Part shown: positions 1 through 10,869 of the stretch, piece by piece
Position numbering within the stretch: the first letter of the stretch is position 1
Layout: every line of letters starts with the position of its first letter
Assembly (NCBI RefSeq): GCF_000142905.1
Contig: NW_013657655.1
Span: 186,001 to 250,000, forward strand
Direction of reading: 5' to 3'
Source of the DNA: Thecamonas trahens ATCC 50062
Taxonomy: Eukaryota > Protista > Apusomonadida
Length of the DNA: 64,000 bases
Translations under genes and position numbers: made by a program
The notes under the pieces: generated by a model
Told to the model about the DNA's origin: nothing
Databases searched by the model: none
The model's input: only the letters and a program-made list of their open reading frames with translations

Positions 1-887
1 TGAGCAGGGCTTCCTCCTTGCGCAGATTTGCTAGATGCTTGCCCTGGTGTGCGTCGCGGGCCTTTGCGATGGCGTTGCGTGTTGCGGCGCGGAGGGCGTC
101 AGCTTCGCGGGTGTACTGGTCGTCAAACGACTTTGTGATCTCCTGCGAGCGCTTGAGGCAGCGAGCCTCGACCTTTGCCAGCTCTGCGGCGGTGCGGGCG
201 TTGCGGGCCTTTTTCTGCGAGAGGCCACGGGCGAGCTGGCGCTTTGCAAGGGCAAGCTCGTGGAGGGTGGCGTTGAGCGAGTCGCGCTCCTTAGCCAGCT
301 TTGTCAGCGAGCGCTCGATGGCAGCCGAAGTCAGGTGCAGTTCCTTGTTTTTGGCACGTACCGAGGTGAGCCGGCGCTTGGAGAGCGAGGTCTGGTGGGC
401 AATGACCTTTGCGCGCGGCGAGAGGCGGTTGATGGGCCGCGAGTTTGTCTTGGCGGCCGACTGGGCAGCGAGCGCCGAGGCGCCAGCAGTGGACATCCGA
501 GTCGGCGCCACAATGCGCCACACCTCATCGTCCTTGCCTGTCTGTTCAGCACGGAGCTCCTTGAGCTCTGCACGCAGCGCTTGGTTCTCGGCGAGGATGA
601 CCCGCAGCTTTGCCCGCACCGCCTTGTCTTTCTCGCGCACCGTGTCGAGGCGGGTGTTTTTGGCCTGCACCGCTGACGCCACAGGCAGCTCCGAGAGCGA
701 GAAGGTCGACGTGTTCATCCTCCGATGGGCAGCATCGCGGACAGAGGTCATCGACATCGAGTGGGTCAGCTCTGCCGCAGTCGAGCCCGTCACTGCCGCC
801 ACGTACTCGAGCAGCCGCGCGGTCTCTGCCCGCTTGCGTTCGGCCTCGGTGTCAGCCTCGCGCTTCCGTTTGCGGGCAATGTATGCT
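1..887 (-). CDS. Coiled-coil protein, runs off the window start (C-terminus missing); start unresolved
   Basis: Open minus-strand frame from 886 to the window edge (AYIARKRKREADTEAERKRAETARLL...LAENQALRAELKELRAEQ...), with heptad-like L/A/E/K content. Absent from the ORF track because there is no stop in the window. First in-frame ATG at 757; possible acceptor CATAG ending at 888. Confidence 0.7.
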
Positions 888-1089
888 CTATGGCAGTGGA
901 TGGGTGAGTGTGTGTGTGGGGGAGGGTGGTGGTGGTGGTGTGTGTGTGTGTGTGGGGGGGAGGGTGTGTCGGGAGGTGTGTGTCGGGAGGTGTGTGTCGG
1001 GAGGTGTGGGAGGTGTGGTGCGGTCGGTCGACGGTTGGTCGTTTGGTTGACATGGGTCGTTCGCTTGGATGCGGCAGGAGTGGCACAGG

Positions 1090-2496
1090 TCACGGATCCG
1101 AGCCGGAGAGGATGTAGGTCATGTAGACATCGTCGCGGATGGCGTGGATGACGGCGGCTGAAGAGCGGAGGAGACAGATGATGGCGTGGTCGGGGGCAAT
1201 CTGCATGCAGTGCAGGAAGCGGGCAAGGTGGCCGATGTTGAGCTTGAGGGCGACAGAGGTATCGTGCGGGAGGTCGGCGGGATCCTGCGAGCTGCCCTCA
1301 ACCGCATCAGCTGGAAGGGGGAGCTCGAGCGAGGAGTAGTCAGTCGAGACGGTGACCATGTCTGTGCGGATCTGCAGCGAGAGCGAGTTGCCGTCGGGGA
1401 GGTTGTCCCGGTGACGACGACGTCGGTCGAGAGATGGCGCATGCGGTCGAGCACGTTTTTGATGTGGGCAAGGCTCGGTAGCATGAGCGCAACATCAGCC
1501 TCCGCCAGCTGCGGCTCGGCATGGTCGGCGAGGCGGGCAAGCGGCAGGATCTCGACAGGCACGTCCTGGGTGACGTTGAGCATGTTGCCGGCGCCGACCA
1601 CCATGCCGCGGCACACGAGCGAGAGATGCGGCTCGCCGCCGCGCTTGGTCAGCTTGATGACAAGCGAGCTTGCGGTCATGCCTGTCTTGAGCGCACGTAC
1701 AAGGTCCGTCAGCGACAGGTGCATGCCGATGGTGTTGTTGGAGAGCGACTCGAGGCGGAAGGTCTCGCCAAACACCGCGTTTGTCTGCACGCCCGACCAC
1801 ACGGCAATGCCCTCGCTGCCTGCCGCACTCTCCGGCTTGGCCGAGACCAGCACCCGCTCCGGGGTCAACTGGACAATCCCGGTTCCATGCGTCCGCTCCA
1901 CCGCCGTCAGAAGCTCTGTGTCGAGGCCGAGGAAAGAGTGTGAGCGTGGGGAGGGGAGGGGAAAGGGGAAGGTNNNNNNNNNNNNNNNNNNNNNNNNNNN
2001 NNNNNNNNNNNNNNNNNNNNNNNNNNNNNNNNNNNNNNNNNNNNNNNNNNNNNNNNNNNNNNNNNNNNNNNNNNNNNNNNNNNNNNNNNNNNNNNNNNNN
2101 NNNNNNNNNNNNNNNNNNNNNNNNNNNNNNNNNNNNNNNNNNNNNNNNNNNNNNNNNNNNNNNNNNNNNNNNNNNNNNNNNNNNNNNNNNNNNNNNNNNN
2201 NNNNNNNNNNNNNNNNNNNNNNNNNNNNNNNNNNNNNNNNNNNNNNNNNNNNNNNNNNNNNNNNNNNNNNNNNNNNNNNNNNNNNNNNNNNNNNNNNNNN
2301 NNNNNNNNNNNNNNNNNNNNNNNNNNNNNNNNNNNNNNNNNNNNNNNNNNNNNNNNNNNNNNNNNNNNNNNNNNNNNNNNNNNNNNNNNNNNNNNNNNNN
2401 NNNNNNNNNNNNNNATGGGGGGGGGGGGGGGGGGGGGGCGGGGGGAAGCGTACTCAGAAACAGCGATTGGTTGACAAACTCGGCCCTGAACCGCAT
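1090..2496 (-). CDS. HUS1: Checkpoint clamp 9-1-1 subunit Hus1. Exon 1 2496-2454, intron 2453-1916 (spans gap), exon 2 1915-1090 with a -1 frame break near 1396-1399
   Basis: N-terminus MRFRAEFVNQ. Motifs FRLESLSNNTIGMHLSLTDLVRALK, IKLTKRG, VTQDVPV, EPQLAEADVALMLPSL. C-terminus LSLQIRTDMVTVST...VYMTYIL lies in the -1 frame. GTACGC donor and CACAG acceptor are phase-compatible. Confidence 0.9.
1974..2414. other. Assembly gap inside the HUS1 intron
   Basis: Run of N flanked by G tracts. Confidence 1.
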
Positions 2497-2504
2497 AGCT
2501 GTGG

Positions 2505-2582
2505 AGGTGTGTGCTAGTGTGTGCGTGTCTGTGACTGTGTATGTGTGTATGTGTGTGTGTGTGCGTGTGTGCGTGTGTGTGG
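2505..2582. repeat. (TG/CA)n microsatellite upstream of HUS1 (similar tract at ~905-1020)
   Basis: Visible gtgtgt tract. Confidence 0.9.
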
Positions 2583-2724
2583 CAGGAGTGGTGTGGTGCG
2601 CGGCGACTCGGCGACTCGGCGACGTGTGTGGGGAGCAAATTGGCGGGCGACGAAGGAGGCTCATGCGTGTTATTGGCGGCACAGCGCCGAGTCCATCACA
2701 CGCAGATAGTGTGGCATAGGTCGT

Positions 2725-4926
2725 CTAGTCTCGAGTCGAGCTCGAATCGAGGATCGAGGCCGGGTCCGAGTCAGAGGCTGGGATCGAGGCCGGGTCCGAG
2801 TCAGAGGCTGAGGCCGAGAGAGACTGAGCACTCGAGCTCGAGCTGCTGGCGCCCACATCGGCATGATGGGGAGCGGATACAGGGTCAGACGGCGGTAGGC
2901 CTGGTGGCGGGCCAGGGCCGAGGAGCGAGGCGCGCTCGGTGGCCCATTGGGAAGCGGCGCGCTGGTGATGGCTGCGCCATTGTGAGCACGCGTGCTTCCA
3001 CTGCGCGGCGTCAGCCTGCGCAGCCTCCAGCCGAGCCTCGAGGCTGGCCACACGGTCGGCGTGGAGGAGTGGGCCAAGGACGCGGGCGGCAGAGTCGTAG
3101 ACTCGCGATGCCGGCGAGCCTGCGTCCAGCTCCGTTACCGAGAGGCCGGTCGGGATCGAGTTGATCATGCCGCGAAGGAAGAGGGTAAAGGCGGTCTTGA
3201 TGGCGAGACGATCCACAACTGCTACCCCGTGGGCAAGCTCAACGTTGCGGATCCACGCTCCGGGCGTAATGTCGAGCAACGCGTACGAGCGCAACAAGAG
3301 GCGGACGACCGGGGTGTGGCCAAAGAACGCCGCGATCCGCAGCGGGGTAAAGCCCGACGCGTCGCGCGCAAGGATGTTGACCCGCCGCGACTGCAGGAGC
3401 CGATACATCAAGTGAACTTCGCCACAAAACGCGGCAAGATGCAGCGCTGTCACACCAGCGGCACAGTATAGCGTGCCCAGCGAGGAAAGCGTGTTGTCAA
3501 GGAGCGACTGCAGCGCACAGAGGAGCGCAAGGTGACCGCCGCTCGCGCGGCGCGCAATGTTACGCGCAAGCAGCGCAAAGTACACCGCATACCGCGGGCT
3601 CTCGCCGTACCGCCGCACGTATTTGGCCATCCCAAGCATGGCGTCATCGTCGACCCAGGTGACCATACTCTCGGGATCGACGCTGGCCACCGCCACGTCG
3701 GTCCGGGAAATCGCCACCTGCGTCAGCGGCGGCGCAAAGGCCGGCAGTGAGCCGGGTGCCGGGACAGCGGTAGCAGACGCCGGCGCAAGACTGGCTCTGC
3801 CCGTCGCGACAGCCGGTGGCGCAGTCATCTCGAACGACGGCTCGAGTGACGACGACGGTTCCTCCATCTCGGCAGCCTCTTCCATGTGGTTGTCAAAAAC
3901 GGCAAAGGCCGGAAAGCTAGCACCGTCGCCGACAGGTGTGCTTCCGGGCGTGCTTTCCGGCGATTGCGCCAAGCTTGGCGACGCCGGCTCATCGTCGCTG
4001 GGCCCGGCGGTCGCCAGCTCGCTGCCACCGTCGACTCGCGTCAAGCGCGCGGCGCCCGACGCAATTTGACCGGCATTGTCGAACTCTTCGCCAACGTCGA
4101 GTGCTAGAGTCGTGGCGCGTGTCCACGCGACCAGAGCCACCGGATCGTCGTCGTCGGCGGTCATGAGGCCGGCGACTGACGGCGGGACCTCAACAGAGTC
4201 GCGGAGAAGTGTCGCCGGGTGCCGCCGCCACGCCTCCCACAGCGAACGATACATGGCATGGGTGTTGGGCGGGTCACTCGTCCGCAGGTAGACCGACTTG
4301 CCGTTTGCCACTATCTCGATGAGCGCCAGCAGTAGGTCTGCGCCTCCGCGCTGGAACGAGGCCCCCAGCGGGTCGCGGGCAGGCTCGCCGCGAAGCCCGG
4401 CAGCAACGTCGACGTGTTTGCCGGTCGTGTGGTACCAGATTGCGGTCACGTCGGCGAGATCAACTCGCTTCCGGCAGCGTTTGGCTAGGGCAGCTCCCGC
4501 GCCTGGTGCAGCCTCATCGACTGCTACAAGCACGCCGCCCGGCGAGACAATGCCCGCCACCGCCGGAAACTCACCAGGCGACCGGAATGCCAGCACCGCG
4601 CCGGCGGTGGCCACCAAGTATCCCGCCCGCCAGCGGGCCTTGGACGAGACAAGGCCGACCGTTTCGACATGGCCGAGAGTGTGGACCTTGCCCGAGTTTT
4701 GTTGATACGTCTCTGCATACGCCGCCAGCGCCGCTGCCGCCAGGCCGTCGCCATCTCTGGCCGCGGCATCGGATTCACCCGGTGGATCGGACTCGTGATG
4801 AGTTGAAGCCTCGGCGGGAGGACCACCCTCAGCAGGTGCGGCGGAAACAGGCTCGGCAGGAGCTGGGTCGGGCGGCTCGGAAGGCGGTGGCCTGATCCAT
4901 GACGTGTCGGCGAGTCTGGTGTCCAT
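2725..4926 (-). CDS. Ankyrin-repeat protein with N-terminal PH-like region and C-terminal coiled coil
   Basis: 733-aa ORF. Ankyrin motifs GVTALHLAAFCGEV and GFTPLRIAAFFGHTPVVRLLL. PH-like WRAGYLVAT...VYLRTS...MYRSLWEAW. Coiled coil LEARLEAAQADAAQWK. Confidence 0.75.
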   Translation of the reverse strand: MDTRLADTSWIRPPPSEPPDPAPAEPVSAAPAEGGPPAEASTHHESDPPGESDAAARDGDGLAAAALAAYAETYQQNSGKVHTLGHVETVGLVSSKARWRAGYLVATAGAVLAFRSPGEFPAVAGIVSPGGVLVAVDEAAPGAGAALAKRCRKRVDLADVTAIWYHTTGKHVDVAAGLRGEPARDPLGASFQRGGADLLLALIEIVANGKSVYLRTSDPPNTHAMYRSLWEAWRRHPATLLRDSVEVPPSVAGLMTADDDDPVALVAWTRATTLALDVGEEFDNAGQIASGAARLTRVDGGSELATAGPSDDEPASPSLAQSPESTPGSTPVGDGASFPAFAVFDNHMEEAAEMEEPSSSLEPSFEMTAPPAVATGRASLAPASATAVPAPGSLPAFAPPLTQVAISRTDVAVASVDPESMVTWVDDDAMLGMAKYVRRYGESPRYAVYFALLARNIARRASGGHLALLCALQSLLDNTLSSLGTLYCAAGVTALHLAAFCGEVHLMYRLLQSRRVNILARDASGFTPLRIAAFFGHTPVVRLLLRSYALLDITPGAWIRNVELAHGVAVVDRLAIKTAFTLFLRGMINSIPTGLSVTELDAGSPASRVYDSAARVLGPLLHADRVASLEARLEAAQADAAQWKHACSQWRSHHQRAASQWATERASLLGPGPPPGLPPSDPVSAPHHADVGASSSSSSAQSLSASASDSDPASIPASDSDPASILDSSSTRD

Positions 4927-5085
4927 GGCGGCAGATGTGTACTCTGTACTGTGCGTGTGGGTGAGTGGAGTGGTTGGGTGTGGGAGTGGTTGGCGTACTG
5001 TGTGTGGGGGCGGGGACAGGGGGGGGGACGCTGCGGCGGCATTGACGGCGTTGGTGGCAGACAGGCAGACAGACAGGCGGGTGCT

Positions 5086-5868
5086 TTACTCGCTGGCATC
5101 GCTATCGGCAGACGCACCATCGGCGTCGGCGTGCTGCGAGAGAGTGGTGGCGAGCCGGGTTGGGTGGTGCTTGAGGAGCATGACGGGCTTGGCCACAAGC
5201 GACTTGAGGAGGCCGAGAACCTGGGCCTGGAGCTCGAGGACCGAGGGCATCGAGTCGAGATCGGCAGCAGCCTTGGCATCGAGGACGGCACCATCGACAA
5301 AGCCGCCGACAACAAGGGCACCCGGCGCCATCTTGGCGACAACCTTGAGCGCGTCCTTGAAACCAGGGCTCAGATCGGAGGCATACAGCAGTGCGGTCGG
5401 GCCGAGTAGCAGCGAGGCGAGGGCCGAGCCAGGGCCGGCCTCGCCGACTCCGGCCGCCTTGTCCGACGACTGGAGCACCGAGCGAGCAACCGAGTTCTTC
5501 AGCAGCAGCAGCTTGGCGTCCGGATGCGCAGCTGCGCGGATGGCCTCCAGCTGGCTCCGCTTGAGCGAGTTGACCTGGACCAGCAGGGCGACGCCGGCCG
5601 AGTCAAAGGCCTCGGCCGTCGACTGCCAGAGGAACTGCTTGCGCTCCTGGATAGCACGCCCGTGTGGCGAGGCTTTCGGGCTTGCCGCCGGCGTTGGCAA
5701 CGTCCGCAGCGCAGCCGCAGCTACCGTCGCTGCCGACAAGCTGCTCTCGCCTCCGCTAGCTCCTGCCCCTGCCGATGCCGCGCCAGACATGCCCGCCAGC
5801 CAGACCGTGGATGTGACCCGAGGCGCGAGCCGGCCCAGCGAGGGGGCGAACGCGGCAAGGCGGAACAT
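5086..5868 (-). CDS. Mitochondrial ribosomal protein uL10m
   Basis: Arg/Ala-rich presequence MFRLAAFAPSLGRL. L10 motifs LLKNSVAR, LLGPTALLY, GGFVDG, MPSVLELQAQVLGLL. Confidence 0.85.
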   Translation of the reverse strand: MFRLAAFAPSLGRLAPRVTSTVWLAGMSGAASAGAGASGGESSLSAATVAAAALRTLPTPAASPKASPHGRAIQERKQFLWQSTAEAFDSAGVALLVQVNSLKRSQLEAIRAAAHPDAKLLLLKNSVARSVLQSSDKAAGVGEAGPGSALASLLLGPTALLYASDLSPGFKDALKVVAKMAPGALVVGGFVDGAVLDAKAAADLDSMPSVLELQAQVLGLLKSLVAKPVMLLKHHPTRLATTLSQHADADGASADSDASE

Positions 5869-6950
5869 TATGTGTGTATCAGGAGAGAGATGATGCGTGA
5901 GGCTTGGGTGTGGGTCGCGTGCCGGTGGAAGGGGAAGGGGGCAGGCGTGGGTGGCGTGTGGAAGGCTATGGGTATTGGCGAGTGTGTGGTGAGTGGAGGA
6001 CGACGGGCGTCAATCGATCGCAGCCGTCATCTTTTGGCTGTGGCTGATTGCCTGCTGCTCGCGGACAGGGCCGTAGCCTCGGACTCACCAATGACTATGC
6101 GGATCGTTCGTTATTTACTTGGGTGGTTTGCCGCGAAAAATGGTCTCCCTGAGTACTATCACCTGCTTGTGCGCGTGTTGATGATGTTGATCATCACGTT
6201 GTCGACCTCGATCATGGGCCTACGAACAGCGTATTCACGGCTACCTGCAGCAACAGGTCTCCCTCTCTGCCCGCTCCTTCTCCATCCCCGTGTGCAGCAT
6301 GTGGTGATTGTTCTGCGGCAGAGTGCAAATCAACATGCCCAGCATTGGCCCAACGCATGCTGGCGCATGCGGCAATTCACCATTTCGCCCTGGTTTCGCT
6401 GCTGTCATGACCACCGCCATCAGAGTCAAGCAAGCCGCCGCAGAGCCGCTACACAACAGGCTACCAATCGCAACTTGCACCATGACTAGCCAGCACGGAG
6501 CAAGTTTGATTGGATGCAATGGCGTGCGATGGGCATTGGCAGCTACTTGGGCATGCTTGCGGAAGAAAAAGGTGATGTGAACTCCCCTACTCAATCCCAC
6601 GAATTTGTTGCGTATCGGTCAAGAAGGCGGGCGGATGTTCGAGTGCAAGCGGGTGACAATGGCCAGCGAGTTCGGTTCACTTGACGTGTGGGGGAGGGGG
6701 ATACAGACGTTTTCGTCGCCAAGTCACAAGTATCCCGAGCAAGTACAAGCCACAACTACCAGGGTCTGTGTCTGGTACCTGTGACGCCTCGGTCGTTCCC
6801 TTTTCCCGCCCTTCCAACTCGCCCTAGGTGGCCGGCGGTCAATTGACCTCGGTTGGACGGAGTAGCGTTCGTTTGATCGTCACCACCGCCAACACCACCG
6901 CCACCGCTGCAGCAGCCACCGACGCCACCCACGGCAAAAGTGCAAGGCAT

Positions 6951-9900
6951 ATGCTCTCCGCCAACCGGGTAGCGCCAGAGCCGCGACGGACGACATCGTC
7001 TATGGAATCGACAGGTACATTGGGTGCCAATGTCGGTGGCGACAGCCGGAGAATGTCGGCGGGAGGCCGGCCCCAACGGGCGTCGCTGGGCGGTCGAGCC
7101 TCCCAGCTGCGCCACCGGAGGCGGTCGTCGCTTACAGGCGCCTCGGCTTCAGCTCTGCCAGCATCGGGCGACTTGGTCATCCACCCGGCATTTGAATCAT
7201 ACACCTTGCTGAAAGACTCGGGCCTGGTCCCGGCAACTGGCAACCTGACGTCGTCACCGTCGGCCCGTGGCCTCTCGCGTGAGCCGCAAAACGCAAGCGC
7301 CAGGCGATGCTTCAACTCGCACTACACTCGGCGGCACTTTCTTGGCACACTGCTGTCGATTATCGAGCGGCCTCGGTTGCGGCCATACTTTGTGTACTAC
7401 GTTCAGGTCCGGTTCTTCCCCATTCTTTGGCTCTTCCTCGACTTTTTCCAGATGACCATGTTCAACAACGTGCTCCGCATCGAGTACTCGCTCTCTTGCA
7501 ACGCCAAACCGCTCTCTTCTGAGATGGCCGACGAGCTGCGGTCGGTGCTCTTTTTCTGGATATCGCTCTCGGCAGTCATAGTTGGCGTTCTCATCGTCAT
7601 GTCGCTCTGGTTCCTTGTCGGGACCCGCCTGCCCAAGGTTTTGGTCAACCTTATCGGCTCGTACGTCAACGTTATCTCGACCTTTCTCTACACCTTTATT
7701 CTCCGTCACCTGTGGCAAGAGGCCATGTGCCACGTCGCGCACTCGGGCATCGACGCCAAGCAAGAGTGTGATACCGCCGACGGGCAGCTATTCCTCATTC
7801 TCGCGCCGCCGGTCACGCTCTACTTTCTGCTTGCCTCACTTGTCCTTGCCCTCAACTCGTACGAGGTCGATCCCAACGCGACGCACATTCTGCGCCGCGA
7901 GCACGGCCTCTTTGATGTGTTGTATATTCTGGGCAAGACCGTCATTGTGGCGGTCTCGTTTGCCAACTCGGGCTTTCTGCGCGCTCTCTGCAACCTCGCT
8001 GTGTTCTCGCTCCTCTTTACAGCCATGGCCACCCTCGCTCCTCACCACGTCTCGTTCATCAACCGGCTGCGGACTGGCCTGCACCTCGGCATGGTGCTCT
8101 CTGCGGCGACGGGCGTGGTCAACGAGGCGCTGCCGACCTGCTCCTCGCTCCCGTCGCTTCTATACTACATTGTCCTCATCCCGGTCGTTCTCCTCGGCGC
8201 CATGGTCAACGTGCCCGACTCGATCCGGTACCGGGTGACCAAAACGCTGTACAAGCCGTTTTCACCGCTCGTCATGTCGTCAATCCGCTCCATCATGGAG
8301 CTCAAGCTGACGTACCTGCTCGTCTCAGCAACTCGCCTTGGCCAGGTTGCCTACGAAATCGAGGTCGACGATCCCGGCACGGCCGAAAAATTCTACCTGC
8401 GGGCACACATGGCCGACCGGAACCACGTGACCAACCTCGGCCGCTACGCCTTTCATCTCGTACGCACCTCGGGCTCCAATACCAAGCGGCGGCAGCGGAA
8501 GGCGGTCCAGCTCTTTAAGCGCGCGCTCGCCATCGACAAGAACAACGCCGAGGTCCTCGCGCTCTACGCTGTCTACCAGACCCTCATCGAAAAGTCGGAC
8601 GTGGAGGCCGACCAGCTCTACCGGCAGTCCGTCCAAGTCACCCGCGAGTCGTCGTCTCTCCGGCGGCACTTTTCGTCGCGCAACAAGGTCTGCTCATCAT
8701 CGACGAGCATGGCATGACGCGCGAGTGCAACGCGCTCGTCCTTCGCATGTTCTGCGCCACCACGCGTGACGCCTTTCTTCGCATTCCGCTCTTTTCACTC
8801 TCGCCTTTGGCCCAGACCGCCGGCACGTCAGCAGTTCTCGCCCAGTCCCACATCGCCGAGGCTATCGCGGCGCCCGGCCATGTGACTCGCTTCGAGTGGG
8901 AGTTCACCCGTCTCGACTCGGGCACGCTCGTCACCGAAGTCGCCCTCACTGCCATGCCCGAAAAGGTCAAGGGCAGGACGCTGCTCCAGGTCTCGATCAC
9001 CGACGTCTCCTCCACCGGGACCATGCAGGACCGGAACTCCAAGCTCGCTGTCCTTCTCGCCACCATGTCCGACGGCGTCATTATGGTCGGTGACGACGGC
9101 ATGATCATGGACCTGAACCCGTCGGCGCTCATGATGCTCAACTTGTACAACATCAACGATGTCATCAACACGCCGTTCCTCTCACTCCTCGACATGCGCG
9201 CCACCCGCGCGTTCAACGACCGCAAGGTTTCTGTCAACACCTCCGTTTTTCTGGCTCATCAGGCACCAAGGGCGGTGCCACGACTGGCGGCGGCGGCGGT
9301 GGCGAACTTCTTCGCTCGCCCCCGTCTGGCAAGTCACTCAACCTCTCGGCAGCATCGATGGTTTCGCACGATGTGTCCGAGGCCCAAGAGGAGGTGGAAG
9401 AAGTCACTCCATGTTCCGACCTCCGCTCAGCAGCGTCGATCTCAGAGCAACTTGAGACTGTCGAGCTCAACGAACGGTCGTCGTCGTCATCACCATCGCC
9501 GTCATCGTCGCTCGTTGTCGACTCGGACAACACTGACACCTCGTCACCATCGACGGTAGTGCGCTCTCACCAGCGGTCAGCGAGTCAGCGGCGGCCGCTC
9601 CGCCGAAAGATGTCGAACACGTCGAACACTTCGCGGCGCAAAGACTCGCTTGGTGCCGATCCCCGTCTCGACGACAAGCGACAGCGGGTCAAGCCGCTCA
9701 AGCTCAATGCCTCAGCCTCGGCGGCTCGCGAGCCGGTCTCCGTCTCGCCGCGAGCAGTCAGCGGGCGGCGGTCGTCGTCGCGCAAGGGCCGACGGACACC
9801 ATCAAGAACCCTCGGCCCTCGTCCGGCAACAGGCGTGGCACAAACCGAACGATCCGATGCATGTGCCCGCTCTTACGGCTCGCTCCTTGCCGCCATCGAA

Positions 9901-10838
9901 AAGTCGGGCTCGGCGCAGTCGCTCATCTCACCATCGTCGGCGCAGCCGTCGCCTAGATCGCTGACACACACCAAGCGCGGACCGTTTTCGTCGAACCGAC
10001 GCAAAGCGTCGCTCTCGCCGGCGCTGGCAGCGTCCATGACCAGCTTGGCTGCAGGCGCTACCAGCCCATCGGGAGTGCTGAGCGACGGAAGTGTTGCCGG
10101 TGGCGGCGAGATGCGCCCAGGTGACGACGTCGTCTCGCTCGGGTTCTCAGCGCGGTCGGGCGTGCCATCGGAGGCCTCATTTGACTCGACCATGTCGGGC
10201 GCAATGTCCCCGGCCAAGTCTCCTCGGTCGCCGGCCGATGCTTTGCGCGAGGGTGAGGGCCGCCGGTTCCTCAAGGTCTTCCGCTCGGTCATGGGCCAGA
10301 CAGTTACGGTCTACATCAAGCAGTCGTCGACTGCACCTGGGGGATGGCCAAGCCGATCAAGGTGGAGATGTCGATGTCGGAGGTCCACCTCTCGACCTCG
10401 CAGCATAAGCGGGTCTTTACAGTTGTCTTTCGCGACTTGCGGTTCGAGGAGCAGCTGGCCAACCAGGAGGACATGTATCGCTGGCTCACCGCGCATCTTG
10501 CGGAGCAGCCACCTGGCATTGTTGTCTTTGACGTCATTACGCACTCAATCGGCGAGTTTAACTCGTCGGCCTCGGTTCTCCTGCGGCTTTCGCCCAAGCG
10601 CGCGCTAGAGCGCACCATCATCGAGCTTTTTGCGGACGACGACGGTCAGACGCTGGTCCAGTCGATTCTGGCCTCCAACGGCGAGGACGTCCACTGTGAC
10701 TTGCTTGCCATCGCCGAGGACGAGTCTTTGGTGCCAGTCAACGTGGATGTCAAGCACGTGGTTCTTGACGCCGGCCACATAGCCATTGCGTACCTCACGC
10801 CACGCCAGGTCGGCAAACGTAGTTCGCGCAAGCGTTGA
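6951..10838 (+). CDS. Multi-pass membrane protein with TPR repeats and three PAS domains (TmcB-like); three -1 frame breaks near 8670-8688, 9246-9250 and 10339-10343
   Basis: About 8-9 hydrophobic helices at 7380-8210. TPR-like AEKFYLRA, AVQLFKRALAIDKNNAEVLALYA and ADQLYRQS. PAS starts GLLIIDEHG, MSDGVIMVGDDGMIMDLNPSALMML and PPGIVVFDVITHSIGEFNSSASVLL. Four consecutive overlapping ORFs join into one protein. Confidence 0.75.
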
Positions 10839-10869
10839 CGCGAGCGTTGGCGAGTAAATCGGATTGACG

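Noticed and set aside
18-1151. 377-aa + strand ORF and the many other long antisense or overlapping ORFs (e.g. 4904-5893, 43975-44985, 50920-52287, 59248-60447, 61063-62340)
   Set aside because: Shadows of real genes in high-GC DNA, where stop codons are rare; no recognisable motifs.
1186-2719. ORFs running through N gaps (also at 14.6-15.3, 33.8-34.9 and 49.4-50.7 kb)
   Set aside because: Their length is an artefact of translating Ns.
2751-2810. 30-bp direct repeat (and a ~30-bp repeat with 39-bp spacing at 45763-45845) as CRISPR-like
   Set aside because: Only two copies each, inside coding low-complexity regions, with no spacer array or cas genes in a eukaryotic context.
6000-6800. Small ORFs in the lower-GC spacer between uL10m and the PAS gene
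   Set aside because: No motifs and no host-like codon bias; more likely promoter or UTR. An ncRNA could not be supported by eye.
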